Origin: Lichenicola sp.
GTDB lineage: Bacteria; Pseudomonadota; Alphaproteobacteria; Acetobacterales; Acetobacteraceae
Assembly: GCF_965198575.1 (NCBI RefSeq)
Contig: NZ_OZ240671.1
Coordinates: 3,567,044 to 3,631,043 of the forward strand
Length of the DNA stretch: 64,000 nt
Direction of reading: 5' to 3'
Shown one piece after another: positions 55,511 through 64,000 of this stretch. The notes beneath the pieces are model-generated. The model saw only the letters and a list, made by a program, of their open reading frames with translations, was not told the DNA's origin and made no database searches. Position 1 is the stretch's first letter. Every line of letters starts with the position of its first letter. A program made the translations under genes and the position numbers.

Positions 55511-56254
55511 CTAGAGCCGCAAGCCGCCGCCGACCTGCAGCGTCTCACCGGTAATCCAGTTGCCGTCTTCGGACACGACGAACGCAACCGCGGCGGCAAT
55601 ATCAGCCGGCTGCCCGATGCGGCCGAGTGGCGTGCGCGCGACGAACGGAGCGGCACCTTCTTCGCCCATCCCACTCGTGCCTTCGGTCGCCGTGAGGCCA
55701 GGTGCCACACCCACGACGCGGATCTTGCGAGGCCCGAGTTCGAGTGCCAGCGAGCGCGTCAGGTTGTCGACCGCACCCTTTGTGGCGCTATAGACCTGCG
55801 CTTGCGCGATCGGCGTCACGCCGGCGCCGGAGGAGATATTGACGACGACGCCACCCGCCGCCGGGAAAGTCTCCGCGGCCGCCTGCGTCGCCAGGATCAG
55901 GCCTTTCACGTTCAACCCGAACTGCCGGTCGATCGATTCCGGCGTGACGCCGGCAAGGTCGCCGAACTCGTAGATCCCGGCATTGTTGATAAGAATGTCG
56001 ACATGCCCGAATTCATCGACAGCCTTCTTGAACAGCGTCTTGATCTGGTCCGGCTCGGAAATGTCTGCCTGCACCGCCGTCGCGTGCCCTCCGGCCTTCT
56101 TGATCGCCGCCACCAGCAGCCCTGCGGCATCGGCGCTTCGTGCGTAGTTCACGACGACGCTGGCCCCGTCGGCGGCCAGTCGTAGCGCGATGCCCGCGCC
56201 GATGCCCTTCGAAGCTCCCGTAACGATTGCAACTTTTCCATCAAGCTTAGCCAT
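55511..56254 (-). CDS. Classical SDR oxidoreductase
   Basis: TGASKGIG, NNAG, YSATK, PLGRIG. Confidence 0.92.
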   Translation of the reverse strand: MAKLDGKVAIVTGASKGIGAGIALRLAADGASVVVNYARSADAAGLLVAAIKKAGGHATAVQADISEPDQIKTLFKKAVDEFGHVDILINNAGIYEFGDLAGVTPESIDRQFGLNVKGLILATQAAAETFPAAGGVVVNISSGAGVTPIAQAQVYSATKGAVDNLTRSLALELGPRKIRVVGVAPGLTATEGTSGMGEEGAAPFVARTPLGRIGQPADIAAAVAFVVSEDGNWITGETLQVGGGLRL

Positions 56255-56270
56255 CACTTCCTCCAAAACA

Positions 56271-56282
56271 TACCGACCGGTA
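56271..56282. promoter_or_regulatory. Palindromic candidate operator (TetR-type) upstream of the SDR
   Basis: TACCG-AC-CGGTA, 16 bp upstream of the SDR ATG. Confidence 0.45.
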
Positions 56283-56506
56283 AGATATTAGGCTGCTGAT
56301 CGGGGAGTGCAAGCGGGGGCGGCACGTCTTCGGCGGATGGCGGGACAACACACGCCGAGCCCGAAGACTGCAACCACCATTGCCCGGAGCGGGTGTGCAT
56401 GCGTAGGAAAGATCTCTACAGTCTGTTCAACATTTGTTTCGGAAGCTGGGCAACACATTGATTCTAAATGATGCTTTATAGCAGATCAGGGCGCCTTTAG
56501 CCGTCC

Positions 56507-57265
56507 ATGATGCGCGTTCAGGACCCGACCGCAGGCGCCCCACCTGGCTTACGGCTCGAGCGGCTGACACTGCGTTACGGCGCACGCACGATCTTCGAGA
56601 ACCTGGATCTCCAAATCGACAGCGGCGCGTTCATGGTGCTGCTCGGCACCAGTGGCGTCGGCAAGACCAGCCTGCTCAAGATCGTCGCCGGCCTGTCCGC
56701 CCCGAGCGCCGGCCGCGTGCAGGCGACCGACGGCCGGAGCCTGGCACACCGGATCGCCTATATGGGCCAGCAGGACCTGCTCTATCCGTGGCTCGACGTG
56801 ATCGGCAACGTCATGCTCGGCGCCCGCCTGCGCGGAGACAAGCCCGACCGTGCCCGGGCGCTGCACCTGTTGGGGCGTGTCGGACTCGCCGAGCGGGCCG
56901 CAGCACTGCCCGCGGAGCTGTCAGGCGGCATGCGCCAGCGCGCCGCGATCGCCCGCACGCTCTACGAGGACCGTCCGATCGTGCTGATGGACGAGCCTTT
57001 CTCCGCCCTCGACAGTTTCACCCGCGCGCGCGTGCAGGATCTGGCGGCGGAGTTGCTGCAGGACCGCACGGTGCTGCTCATCACGCACGATCCCCTGGAA
57101 GCCTGCAGGCTGGGTCAGCATCTCGTGGTGTTGTCCGGTCATCCGGCCACGATTGGTCCGCCGATCCGGGTGCACGGCCCGACCCCGCGCGCCCTCGATG
57201 ATCCGGAACTGCTGCGCACGCAGGGCCACTTGCTGCGAATGCTGACAGAGCTCGAACCGGCATGA
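56507..57265 (+). CDS. ABC ATP-binding protein (ThiZ/TauB-like)
   Basis: [25 protein letters not shown]. Confidence 0.9.
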   Translation: MMRVQDPTAGAPPGLRLERLTLRYGARTIFENLDLQIDSGAFMVLLGTSGVGKTSLLKIVAGLSAPSAGRVQATDGRSLAHRIAYMGQQDLLYPWLDVIGNVMLGARLRGDKPDRARALHLLGRVGLAERAAALPAELSGGMRQRAAIARTLYEDRPIVLMDEPFSALDSFTRARVQDLAAELLQDRTVLLITHDPLEACRLGQHLVVLSGHPATIGPPIRVHGPTPRALDDPELLRTQGHLLRMLTELEPA

Positions 57266-58047
57266 CCGCCGACCGCTCCAGCCGTGCCCGCTTATCTGCG
57301 ACGGCGCGTCCGTTCATCACGGTGGCCGGGCTGATCGCGGTGTGGTGGTTCGGCGCCCGGGTCAGCGACGTGCCGGCCTATCTGTTGCCGGGCCCTGGAT
57401 CCGTGGCGGTCGCCCTCTGGCAGCAACGGACGCTGCTGTTCTGGAGCACCGTCACGACATTGTCGGAAACCGTGTTGGGCTTGCTGATCGGAACGGTGCT
57501 CGGCTCCGTCTTCGCCCTCGGCGTTGTGTTCTCGCCGGTGATGCAGCGCTGGCTGATGCCGCTGCTGCTGCTGAGCCAGGCGATCCCGGTGTTTGCACTG
57601 GCGCCGCTGCTGGTGTTGTGGTTCGGTTTCGGCATCGCCTCGAAGGTGGTGATGTCGGTGTTGGTGATCTTCTTCCCGATCACCGCGGCATTTTCCGACG
57701 GGTTGCGCCGGACCGAACTCGGCTGGCTGGATCTCGCACGAACCATGGATGCCTCGCCGCTCTCCATCCTGCGCCACGTCCGGCTGCCTGCCGCGTTGCC
57801 GGCGTTCGGCTCGGGATTGCGCGTGGCGACCGCGATCGCGCCGATCGGGGCGGTGGTGGGCGAGTGGGTCGGCGCCTCGGCCGGCCTCGGCTACGTGATG
57901 CTGAACGCGAATGCGCGCATCCAGACGGACGTGATGTTCGCTGCCTTGTTCGTGCTGGCGGTGATGGCAATCCTGCTCTGGGTGCTGGTCGATCGCGTGC
58001 TGAAGCGCGTGCTGTACTGGGCTCCGGATACGACCGCACACCTATAA
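57262..58047 (+). CDS. ABC permease (ThiX/TauC-like)
   Basis: SQAIPVFALAPLL, VRLPAALP, VVGEWVG...GLG; ATGA overlap. Confidence 0.9.
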   Translation: MTADRSSRARLSATARPFITVAGLIAVWWFGARVSDVPAYLLPGPGSVAVALWQQRTLLFWSTVTTLSETVLGLLIGTVLGSVFALGVVFSPVMQRWLMPLLLLSQAIPVFALAPLLVLWFGFGIASKVVMSVLVIFFPITAAFSDGLRRTELGWLDLARTMDASPLSILRHVRLPAALPAFGSGLRVATAIAPIGAVVGEWVGASAGLGYVMLNANARIQTDVMFAALFVLAVMAILLWVLVDRVLKRVLYWAPDTTAHL

Positions 58048-58063
58048 TCGGAAGGCTGGGACC

Positions 58064-58777
58064 ATGGCGTTCGATTTCGACCAGGCAATGCCGTTCGCGC
58101 GCAACACACTCTACGCACGGTTGCGAGCCGGCACCGGGGCAGAGTGGGGGGCCTATGTCGGCCACCGTTTCGTGCAGGAGCTCGCACTCGGCACGTTGCC
58201 GCAGGATGAGTTTGTTGCCTGGATGGTGCAGGACTATCTGTATCTGGTGCATTACACGCGGGCGTACGCGCTGCTGATCTACAAGAGCGACACGGTGGCG
58301 CAGATGCGAGCGGCCGCCACCATCGTGTTCGGTCTCCTCACCGACGAGATGGCGCTGCATCGCCTGCAGCTTGCGGCGTCGGGCATATCGGAGAGCGACC
58401 TCGAGCAGATCCCGGAGACCGTGGAAACCCTCGCCTACGGCCGCTATATCCTCGATCGGGCGCAGAGCGGCGACGTGCTCGACCTCGTGGTGACCTTGTC
58501 GGCATGCCTGGCCGGATACGGCGAAATCGGCCTCAGGCTGCTTTCCGATCCGCAGACGGTGCTGGAGGGCAATCCATACGCCGCCTGGATCGAAACCTAT
58601 GGAGGCGCCGCGTATCACCGATTGATCCGGAACGGCCTCGAGCAGCTCGAGAGCCTGTCGGAAAGCCATGGCGGCGAGACGCGCTACCCGTTGCTGCTCC
58701 GACAATTCCGCCAGGCTGTCCGGCTCGAGACGCTGTTCTGGGACGCCGGACGCACGTCGCTGGCCACGTCCTCCTAG
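58064..58777 (+). CDS. tenA: Thiaminase II / TenA family protein
   Basis: HRFV..L..GTL, QDYLYL, EMALH, ACLAGY (catalytic Cys), LE..FW. Confidence 0.85.
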   Translation: MAFDFDQAMPFARNTLYARLRAGTGAEWGAYVGHRFVQELALGTLPQDEFVAWMVQDYLYLVHYTRAYALLIYKSDTVAQMRAAATIVFGLLTDEMALHRLQLAASGISESDLEQIPETVETLAYGRYILDRAQSGDVLDLVVTLSACLAGYGEIGLRLLSDPQTVLEGNPYAAWIETYGGAAYHRLIRNGLEQLESLSESHGGETRYPLLLRQFRQAVRLETLFWDAGRTSLATSS

Positions 58778-58783
58778 CGCCTG

Positions 58784-59836
58784 TTACGGCAACACGCGCC
58801 GCTGTCGCAGGCTGTCCAACGCGCCAAGCAGGGAGGCCGTCGAGTCCATCCGCTCGGGGAAGCCGAAATGACGGATCTTGTTGACGTCGGAGATTACGTC
58901 GGTTTCGGTATGGAAGATGAAGTCGCCGAAACTCCATCCAACCACACGGTCGAGCTCCGGCTCGATCAGCCCGTGCCGCTCGGCGATCGCCTGCCAGGCC
59001 GGCCCCTTGTCTGCCATGTGGCGCGTCAGCTTCAGCGGTATCGGCGACGCCGTGTCGAGGCCCAGATGCCGCGCCACATCGCCCCACATGCGCTCCCACC
59101 GGAACACGTCGCCATTGGTGACATTGAAGGCTTCGCCAGCGACCTTGTCGCTGAGTGCGGCCCAGAGGCTCGCCCGCGCCAGCAATCCGGCATCGGTGAA
59201 CTGCACCAGCTGGCGGTAGGCGAGATCGCTGCCGGGAAAACGCATCGGTACCCCGAGTTCACGCGACAGGGCGGCAAACACACCCACCACGACGGCGATG
59301 TTCATCGGGTTGCCGTGGATGTCGCCGACCACGACGTCCGGGCGGAGGGCCACGTAATCCCAGCGGCTGCGCTCGGCCCGCGCCCGAAGCTGCGCCTCCT
59401 GCGCCTGGTAGAGGTTGGGCGGCATGTGCGGCGGATCGCTCTCCCGCGCCGGCGTCGGGACCTTGGCGCCGAGATGGATGCCGTAGATCTTGAAGCCCTG
59501 ATAGATCACGACGCGGGCAAGCGGCGCGCCTGCATCCTCGAGCCCGTCCAGCAGGTTGCCGAGCATGCCGGCGTTGCGTTGGGCCTCCACCGCCAGGTCG
59601 GCATCCGGGCTGAGCGACGCGTAGAACAGGTGCGTGGTGTCGGCGGCTCCGGCGAGTGCCGCCTGCGTCGCCGCCGCGTCGGTCAGGTCCACGGCGATCG
59701 TCTCGACACCCGGAACCGCGCGCCGGGCGAGCGCGCGGACCTGCCATCCGGCCTGCCGAAGCGTCTGCACCAGGGCCGCCCCGATGATGCCGCTCGCCCC
59801 TGCGACGAGGGCGATGCCTGGGTTGCTGTTGGTCAT
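58784..59836 (-). CDS. Atypical SDR of the PRISE (progesterone 5beta-reductase/iridoid synthase-like) family
   Basis: GASGIIG, QGFKIYG, PPNLYQAQE, RPDVVVG, GEAFNVTNGD.FRW, D.NKIR..GF. Confidence 0.8.
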   Translation of the reverse strand: MTNSNPGIALVAGASGIIGAALVQTLRQAGWQVRALARRAVPGVETIAVDLTDAAATQAALAGAADTTHLFYASLSPDADLAVEAQRNAGMLGNLLDGLEDAGAPLARVVIYQGFKIYGIHLGAKVPTPARESDPPHMPPNLYQAQEAQLRARAERSRWDYVALRPDVVVGDIHGNPMNIAVVVGVFAALSRELGVPMRFPGSDLAYRQLVQFTDAGLLARASLWAALSDKVAGEAFNVTNGDVFRWERMWGDVARHLGLDTASPIPLKLTRHMADKGPAWQAIAERHGLIEPELDRVVGWSFGDFIFHTETDVISDVNKIRHFGFPERMDSTASLLGALDSLRQRRVLP

Positions 59837-60021
59837 GATGCGATCTCCCGGCAAGAACTCCCCCGCGATCGCCGCCAGAAATCGATGGCACGCAATCTGG
59901 CGGCTGGACTACGGTCGCATGGCAACGCCGCGAGCGGTGCCCGGGTTGTCCCCGGCCAGGCGGGAATGATCCGCGGTCCGGTCATCCCTCGCGCTCTCTC
60001 GCAATCAGGACGTCCTGCCGC

Positions 60022-60555
60022 ATGAAACTGCCTCTGCTCGTTCTGGCACTCCTCGCAGCCGCCCTTCCGCGGGCCATCGCCGCCGAGCCGCTTGCAGTCC
60101 CCGACGCGGGCATGATGGGCGACATTCCGGGCGCGCACGAGCTGCCGGACCCCGCCCTCGACTACAAGATCGTGTTCGACGTGCAGACGCTCGCGGGCGC
60201 CCCCGGCGACGTCGATCCCGCGCTGCAGGCCATGGCAGGGCTGATCAACACCTTCCGGCATGACGGCGTTCCCGCCTCCCACATGCACCTGGTGGCGATG
60301 TTCCACGGCCGGACGATCGTTCTCGTCGCCAACGACCAGACCTACAGCCAGCGCACCCATGCAGGCGCCAACCCGAACATCCAGATCCTGCGTCATTTGA
60401 GAGATGCAGGACTGCTCGTCACCGTCTGCGGACAATCCGCCCGCGAGCAGCATTACGAGCAGCAATCCCTGTTGCCGTTCGTGCAGACGAACCTGTCCGC
60501 GACGGTCACTTTCATCAATCTCGAGACCCGCGGCTATATCCGCATCACCGAGTGA
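60022..60555 (+). CDS. Secreted DsrE-like protein
   Basis: Signal peptide; KIVFDV, MFHG, VTVCGQS, LETRGY. Confidence 0.75.
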   Translation: MKLPLLVLALLAAALPRAIAAEPLAVPDAGMMGDIPGAHELPDPALDYKIVFDVQTLAGAPGDVDPALQAMAGLINTFRHDGVPASHMHLVAMFHGRTIVLVANDQTYSQRTHAGANPNIQILRHLRDAGLLVTVCGQSAREQHYEQQSLLPFVQTNLSATVTFINLETRGYIRITE

Positions 60556-60582
60556 ACCTGTCCGTCTAAGCGTGGAGCAGCC

Positions 60583-61167
60583 ATGTCGATTCTCGTCCTG
60601 TACGGGTCGTATCGCTCCGACCGGATCGGTATCCGGCTCGCGACTTATCTGGTGGACCGCTTCCGCGCCCGGGGCGAGGACGCCGAGTTGATCGACGCGA
60701 AATTCGTCGACCTGCCGATGCTCGACCGGATGTACAAGGAGTATCCACCGGGCACGGCGCCCGCTTCGATGCAGAAGCTGGCCGACCAGATCACCGCGGC
60801 GGATGCCTTCGTGTTCGTGACCGGCGAGTACAACTGGGGTCCGCAGCCCGGGCTGAAGAACCTGACCGACCATTTCCTCGAGCACTGGTTCTGGCGTCCG
60901 GCGGCAATCGCCAGCTACTCGGCCGGCCGCCTGGGTGGCGCGCATGCAGCGGCCGCGTGGCACCCGATCCTGTCGGAAATGGGCATGGTGGTGATTTCCA
61001 GCACGCTCACGGTCGGCCCGATCGGCGAGACCCTGGCCGCGGACGGCACACCGACCGGCCATGGCGGCGAGACGCTGGACCGCGCCTTCACCCGCTTCGC
61101 CGACGACCTTGCCTGGTGGAGCGAAGCCGCCCGCATCCAGCGTGCGAAACGACCGCCGCCCTACTGA
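60583..61167 (+). CDS. NADPH-dependent FMN reductase
   Basis: GSYRSDRIG, FVTGEYNWG..PGLKN, SYS.G..GG. Confidence 0.88.
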   Translation: MSILVLYGSYRSDRIGIRLATYLVDRFRARGEDAELIDAKFVDLPMLDRMYKEYPPGTAPASMQKLADQITAADAFVFVTGEYNWGPQPGLKNLTDHFLEHWFWRPAAIASYSAGRLGGAHAAAAWHPILSEMGMVVISSTLTVGPIGETLAADGTPTGHGGETLDRAFTRFADDLAWWSEAARIQRAKRPPPY

Positions 61168-62648
61168 ACGGCAACCGTCGTCCGTGACGTCCGCAGCCGG
61201 CTGGCGCTGATCCCGGCGGCGCAGAGTGCGGTGGCGGAAGCGAGTGCCAGGCAGGCCCGATTGGCGCTGCTGCCGAGAAGCGCGAACGTCATCGCCACCA
61301 GCATCGCCCCCACCGTCTGCCCGAGCAGCCGTGCCACCGAGATCATGCCGCTCGCACTGCCGGCGCGCTCGACCGGTGCCGCCACCAGCATCGCCCGGTT
61401 GTTCGGCGGCTGGAACACCCCGAAGCCGGCGCCGGCAAGCCCGATGCGCCAGGCGATGTCGAGATCGCTCGGACGCGCCGGCATCAGCCACAGGGCGCAG
61501 AAGCCCGTCGCCACCATGAGCAGGCCGATCGTCGAGATCACGGCCGCCGGGGCACGGTCCGACAGCCGGCCGATGAACGGCGCCACCACCACGATCGCCA
61601 GCGGCCATGGGGTGATCAGCAGGCCGGTCTGCACCGCGGTGCGGCCCAGCACGTCCTCCAGCGTGAACGGCATCGAGATGATGAAGAAATTCGATGCCAC
61701 GAAGCCGAGGAAGCCGGTCAGCACCGCCGCCCGGAAACCGCCCAGCAGCAGCAGGTCGATCGGCAGCAGCGGGTCCGGCCGGCCGAGCTGGCGTCGCACC
61801 AGCGCCACCAGGCAGATCGTGCCGAACCCCAGAAGTGCGACCGACCCGATGGGGCCGTCGCCATGCGCCAGCCGGTCGAAGCTCACGATCAGCGACCCGA
61901 AGGCGAGCGCGTTCAGCACCGCCGAGCGCCCATCGAAGCGGGTATCGCGGGTGGGGGTGCGGGGCAGGGAGGTGATCGCGAACAGCAGCGCCACGCCGCC
62001 CAGCGGCAGGTTGATCAGGAACAGCCACGGCCAGTTGGCGACCGACAGCACGCCGGCGGCGATCGTCGGCCCGAGCGCCACGCCGGCGGCGATCACCAGG
62101 CCGTTGAGCGCGATGCCGCGGCCGATGATGCGGTGCGGATAGATGAAGCGCAGCAGTGCCGCGTTCACGCTCATGATGCAGGCGCCGCCGAAGCCCTGCA
62201 GCGCCCGCGCCAGCGACAGCTCGAGCAGCGTGGTCGAGGCCGCGCACAGCAACGAGGCCAGCACGAACAGCGCAAGTCCGATCCGGCACATGCGCGCATA
62301 GCCGATGCGGTCACCCACCGCCGCCAGCGGCAGGATCGAGATCACCGAGGCGAGCTGGTAGGCGTTGATCACCCAGATCGACGAGGACGGGCTGGCGTGG
62401 ATGTCGTGCGCGATGGTCGGCAGGGCCACGTTGGCGATCGCGTAATCGATCACCGAGAGCAGCACCGACAGCGCCACCGCCAGCATCGCGAGCGTGCGCG
62501 CGCCGCCGTACAGCCCGTCATGCGGACCGCCCGGCGCCGGCTCCTGCACTTGCATCGGCGGCACCAGCTCGGCGGGGGTCGGCACGCCGTGGGGAGGCGG
62601 GAGCGGAGCAGGCGCGGCGGGGGCAGGCGGGGCAGCGGGTTCGGACAT
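61161..62648 (-). CDS. MFS transporter, DHA2 family
   Basis: DYAIANVALP, WVINAYQL, ARALQGFGGA, FQPPNN. Confidence 0.9.
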   Translation of the reverse strand: MSEPAAPPAPAAPAPLPPPHGVPTPAELVPPMQVQEPAPGGPHDGLYGGARTLAMLAVALSVLLSVIDYAIANVALPTIAHDIHASPSSSIWVINAYQLASVISILPLAAVGDRIGYARMCRIGLALFVLASLLCAASTTLLELSLARALQGFGGACIMSVNAALLRFIYPHRIIGRGIALNGLVIAAGVALGPTIAAGVLSVANWPWLFLINLPLGGVALLFAITSLPRTPTRDTRFDGRSAVLNALAFGSLIVSFDRLAHGDGPIGSVALLGFGTICLVALVRRQLGRPDPLLPIDLLLLGGFRAAVLTGFLGFVASNFFIISMPFTLEDVLGRTAVQTGLLITPWPLAIVVVAPFIGRLSDRAPAAVISTIGLLMVATGFCALWLMPARPSDLDIAWRIGLAGAGFGVFQPPNNRAMLVAAPVERAGSASGMISVARLLGQTVGAMLVAMTFALLGSSANRACLALASATALCAAGISASRLRTSRTTVAVQ

Positions 62649-62847
62649 GCGGGTGGTTCTACGATTGCTGGCGGCTGGAACAAGGCCCGGCAACAGAAGC
62701 CTTGCCGTGCATCGGGCGCACCGTCATGTTCGGAGCATCAACAAGCTGTTGGGCCCTGATCGGCCCGTCCTTCTGGTCGCACGTCAGCTCGCGGTTCCAT
62801 GTCGGCAGCTCGATGGTCACAACCACTGCCAATCGGAACGACCCAGA

Positions 62848-63699
62848 ATGCAGATCTCAGCCGGCTTCGACATCGTCTATGACTGCCCGCACCCGACGCC
62901 GATGATCCTGCTGCTGAGCCCGCACCCGTCCCGCGAAACCGATCTCGCGGCGCCGCAGGAGATGCTGTTCGACCCGCCGATCGCGCATGAGCGCTATCTC
63001 GACAGCTTCGGCAACGTCTGCACCCGCATCCTGGCGCCCGAGGGCCGGCTCACGATCAGCAGCCGCATGGTGGTGAGCGACGCCGGGCTGCCGGACCGGA
63101 TCACCCCCGAGGCGCAGCAACACCCGGTCGAGGAGCTCCCCGCCGACACGCTGGTGTACCTGCTGGGCAGCCGCTACTGCGACACCGATCGCATGTCCGA
63201 CCGCGCCTGGCATCTGTTCGGCGGCGGCCCGCGCGGCTGGGCGCTGGTGCAGGCGATCTGCGACTACGCGCACGAGCGGATCGTCTTCAACTACCAGCAC
63301 GCGGACTCTACCCGCACTGCCTCCGACGGCGAGCGCGACGGCCGCGGCGTGTGCCGGGACTACGCCCACCTGGCGATCACGCTGTGCCGCTGCATGAACG
63401 TCCCGGCACGCTACTGCACCGGCTTCCTCGGCGACATGGGCACCCTGCCGCCGTACGGGGTGATGGATTTTGCCGCTTGGTTCGAGGTGTATCTCGGCGG
63501 CGAGTGGCACACCTTCGATGCGCGCAACAACACCCCGCGGATCGGCCGCATCCTGATCGCGCGCGGCCGCGACGCCACCGACGTCGCCATCGCCACCACG
63601 TTCGGACCATGCCGTCTCAGCGGCTTCGACGTCATCTGCACCGAGATGGCGGCGGAGTTGGTCGACGACTCGATCCTGGCGTCCGCGCACCCCAGCTAG
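62848..63699 (+). CDS. Transglutaminase-like protein
   Basis: GVCRDYAHL..LCR..NVPARY, DFAAWFEVYL, TFDARNN, ARGRDATD. Confidence 0.9.
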   Translation: MQISAGFDIVYDCPHPTPMILLLSPHPSRETDLAAPQEMLFDPPIAHERYLDSFGNVCTRILAPEGRLTISSRMVVSDAGLPDRITPEAQQHPVEELPADTLVYLLGSRYCDTDRMSDRAWHLFGGGPRGWALVQAICDYAHERIVFNYQHADSTRTASDGERDGRGVCRDYAHLAITLCRCMNVPARYCTGFLGDMGTLPPYGVMDFAAWFEVYLGGEWHTFDARNNTPRIGRILIARGRDATDVAIATTFGPCRLSGFDVICTEMAAELVDDSILASAHPS

Positions 63700-63765
63700 G
63701 CCGGCCCAGAGCTGGCGGGTCAGGCTGCTTCCGCGAAGATGGCCTCGCCGAGGGGGTAGGTTCAC

Positions 63766-64000
63766 GTGACTGAAACGACCCTGCGCGGCCTGGCCGGCAT
63801 CCTCCTGCTGCTCGCGGTGGGCGTGCTGTTCTCGACCGATCGGCGCCGGATCAGCTGGCGTGTCGTGCTGGCGGCACTCGGCGTGCAGCTTCTGCTCGGC
63901 ACCCTGGTGCTGTTCGTGGCCCCTGGCCGGGCGGCGTTGCGCGTTGCCGCGGATGCGGTCGATGCGGTGCTCGGCTACGGCAACCAGGGCATCGCCTTCC
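63766..64000 (+). CDS. NupC/CNT-family nucleoside transporter, N-terminal part (runs off the window)
   Basis: Manual translation: GLAGILLLLAVGVLFSTDRRRISWRVV...LGVQLLLG...GYGNQGIAF. Confidence 0.8.
   Translation, partial: MTETTLRGLAGILLLLAVGVLFSTDRRRISWRVVLAALGVQLLLGTLVLFVAPGRAALRVAADAVDAVLGYGNQGIAF

Noticed and set aside
56283-56506. TPP riboswitch upstream of the ABC-tenA operon
   Set aside because: Conserved core motifs not found.

Overview
High-GC alphaproteobacterial chromosome segment, probably Acetobacteraceae (inferred from the Hint-domain protein type and gene order). (1) 0.2-7.1 kb: sugar catabolic cluster (xylose-isomerase-fold enzyme, CUT2 ABC transporter, PfkB kinase, convergent ApsD-like dehydrogenase), possibly for apiose or a related sugar. 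(2) 7.5-15.8 kb, the most interesting part: an operon of two paralogous Aah/TibC-type autotransporter heptosyltransferases followed by a 1464-aa protein with AIDA-like Ser/Thr/Gly repeats, a Hint domain and no autotransporter beta-barrel. A perfect 24-bp palindrome and a divergent LuxR-type regulator lie upstream. (3) 16-34 kb: accessory region with several decayed genes (LytTR regulator with a nonsense codon, epoxide hydrolase fragment, broken methyltransferase, IS481 remnant, broken YbjQ-like gene) around an intact LexA-box-preceded imuA-imuB-(small ORF)-dnaE2 cassette. (4) 34-44.5 kb: permease, GT2, katG, msrA and an ABC pair without a binding protein. (5) 44.5-55.4 kb: core genes dut, coaBC, ubiE, mutM, rpsT, dnaA, dnaN, recF, gyrB. 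(6) 55.5-64 kb: SDR, ABC pair plus tenA, PRISE-type SDR, DsrE-like protein, FMN reductase, MFS, transglutaminase and a partial CNT transporter. No rRNA, tRNA or CRISPR array was seen. Family assignments come from motif recognition by eye, not from database searches, and several start codons were re-picked and are approximate.
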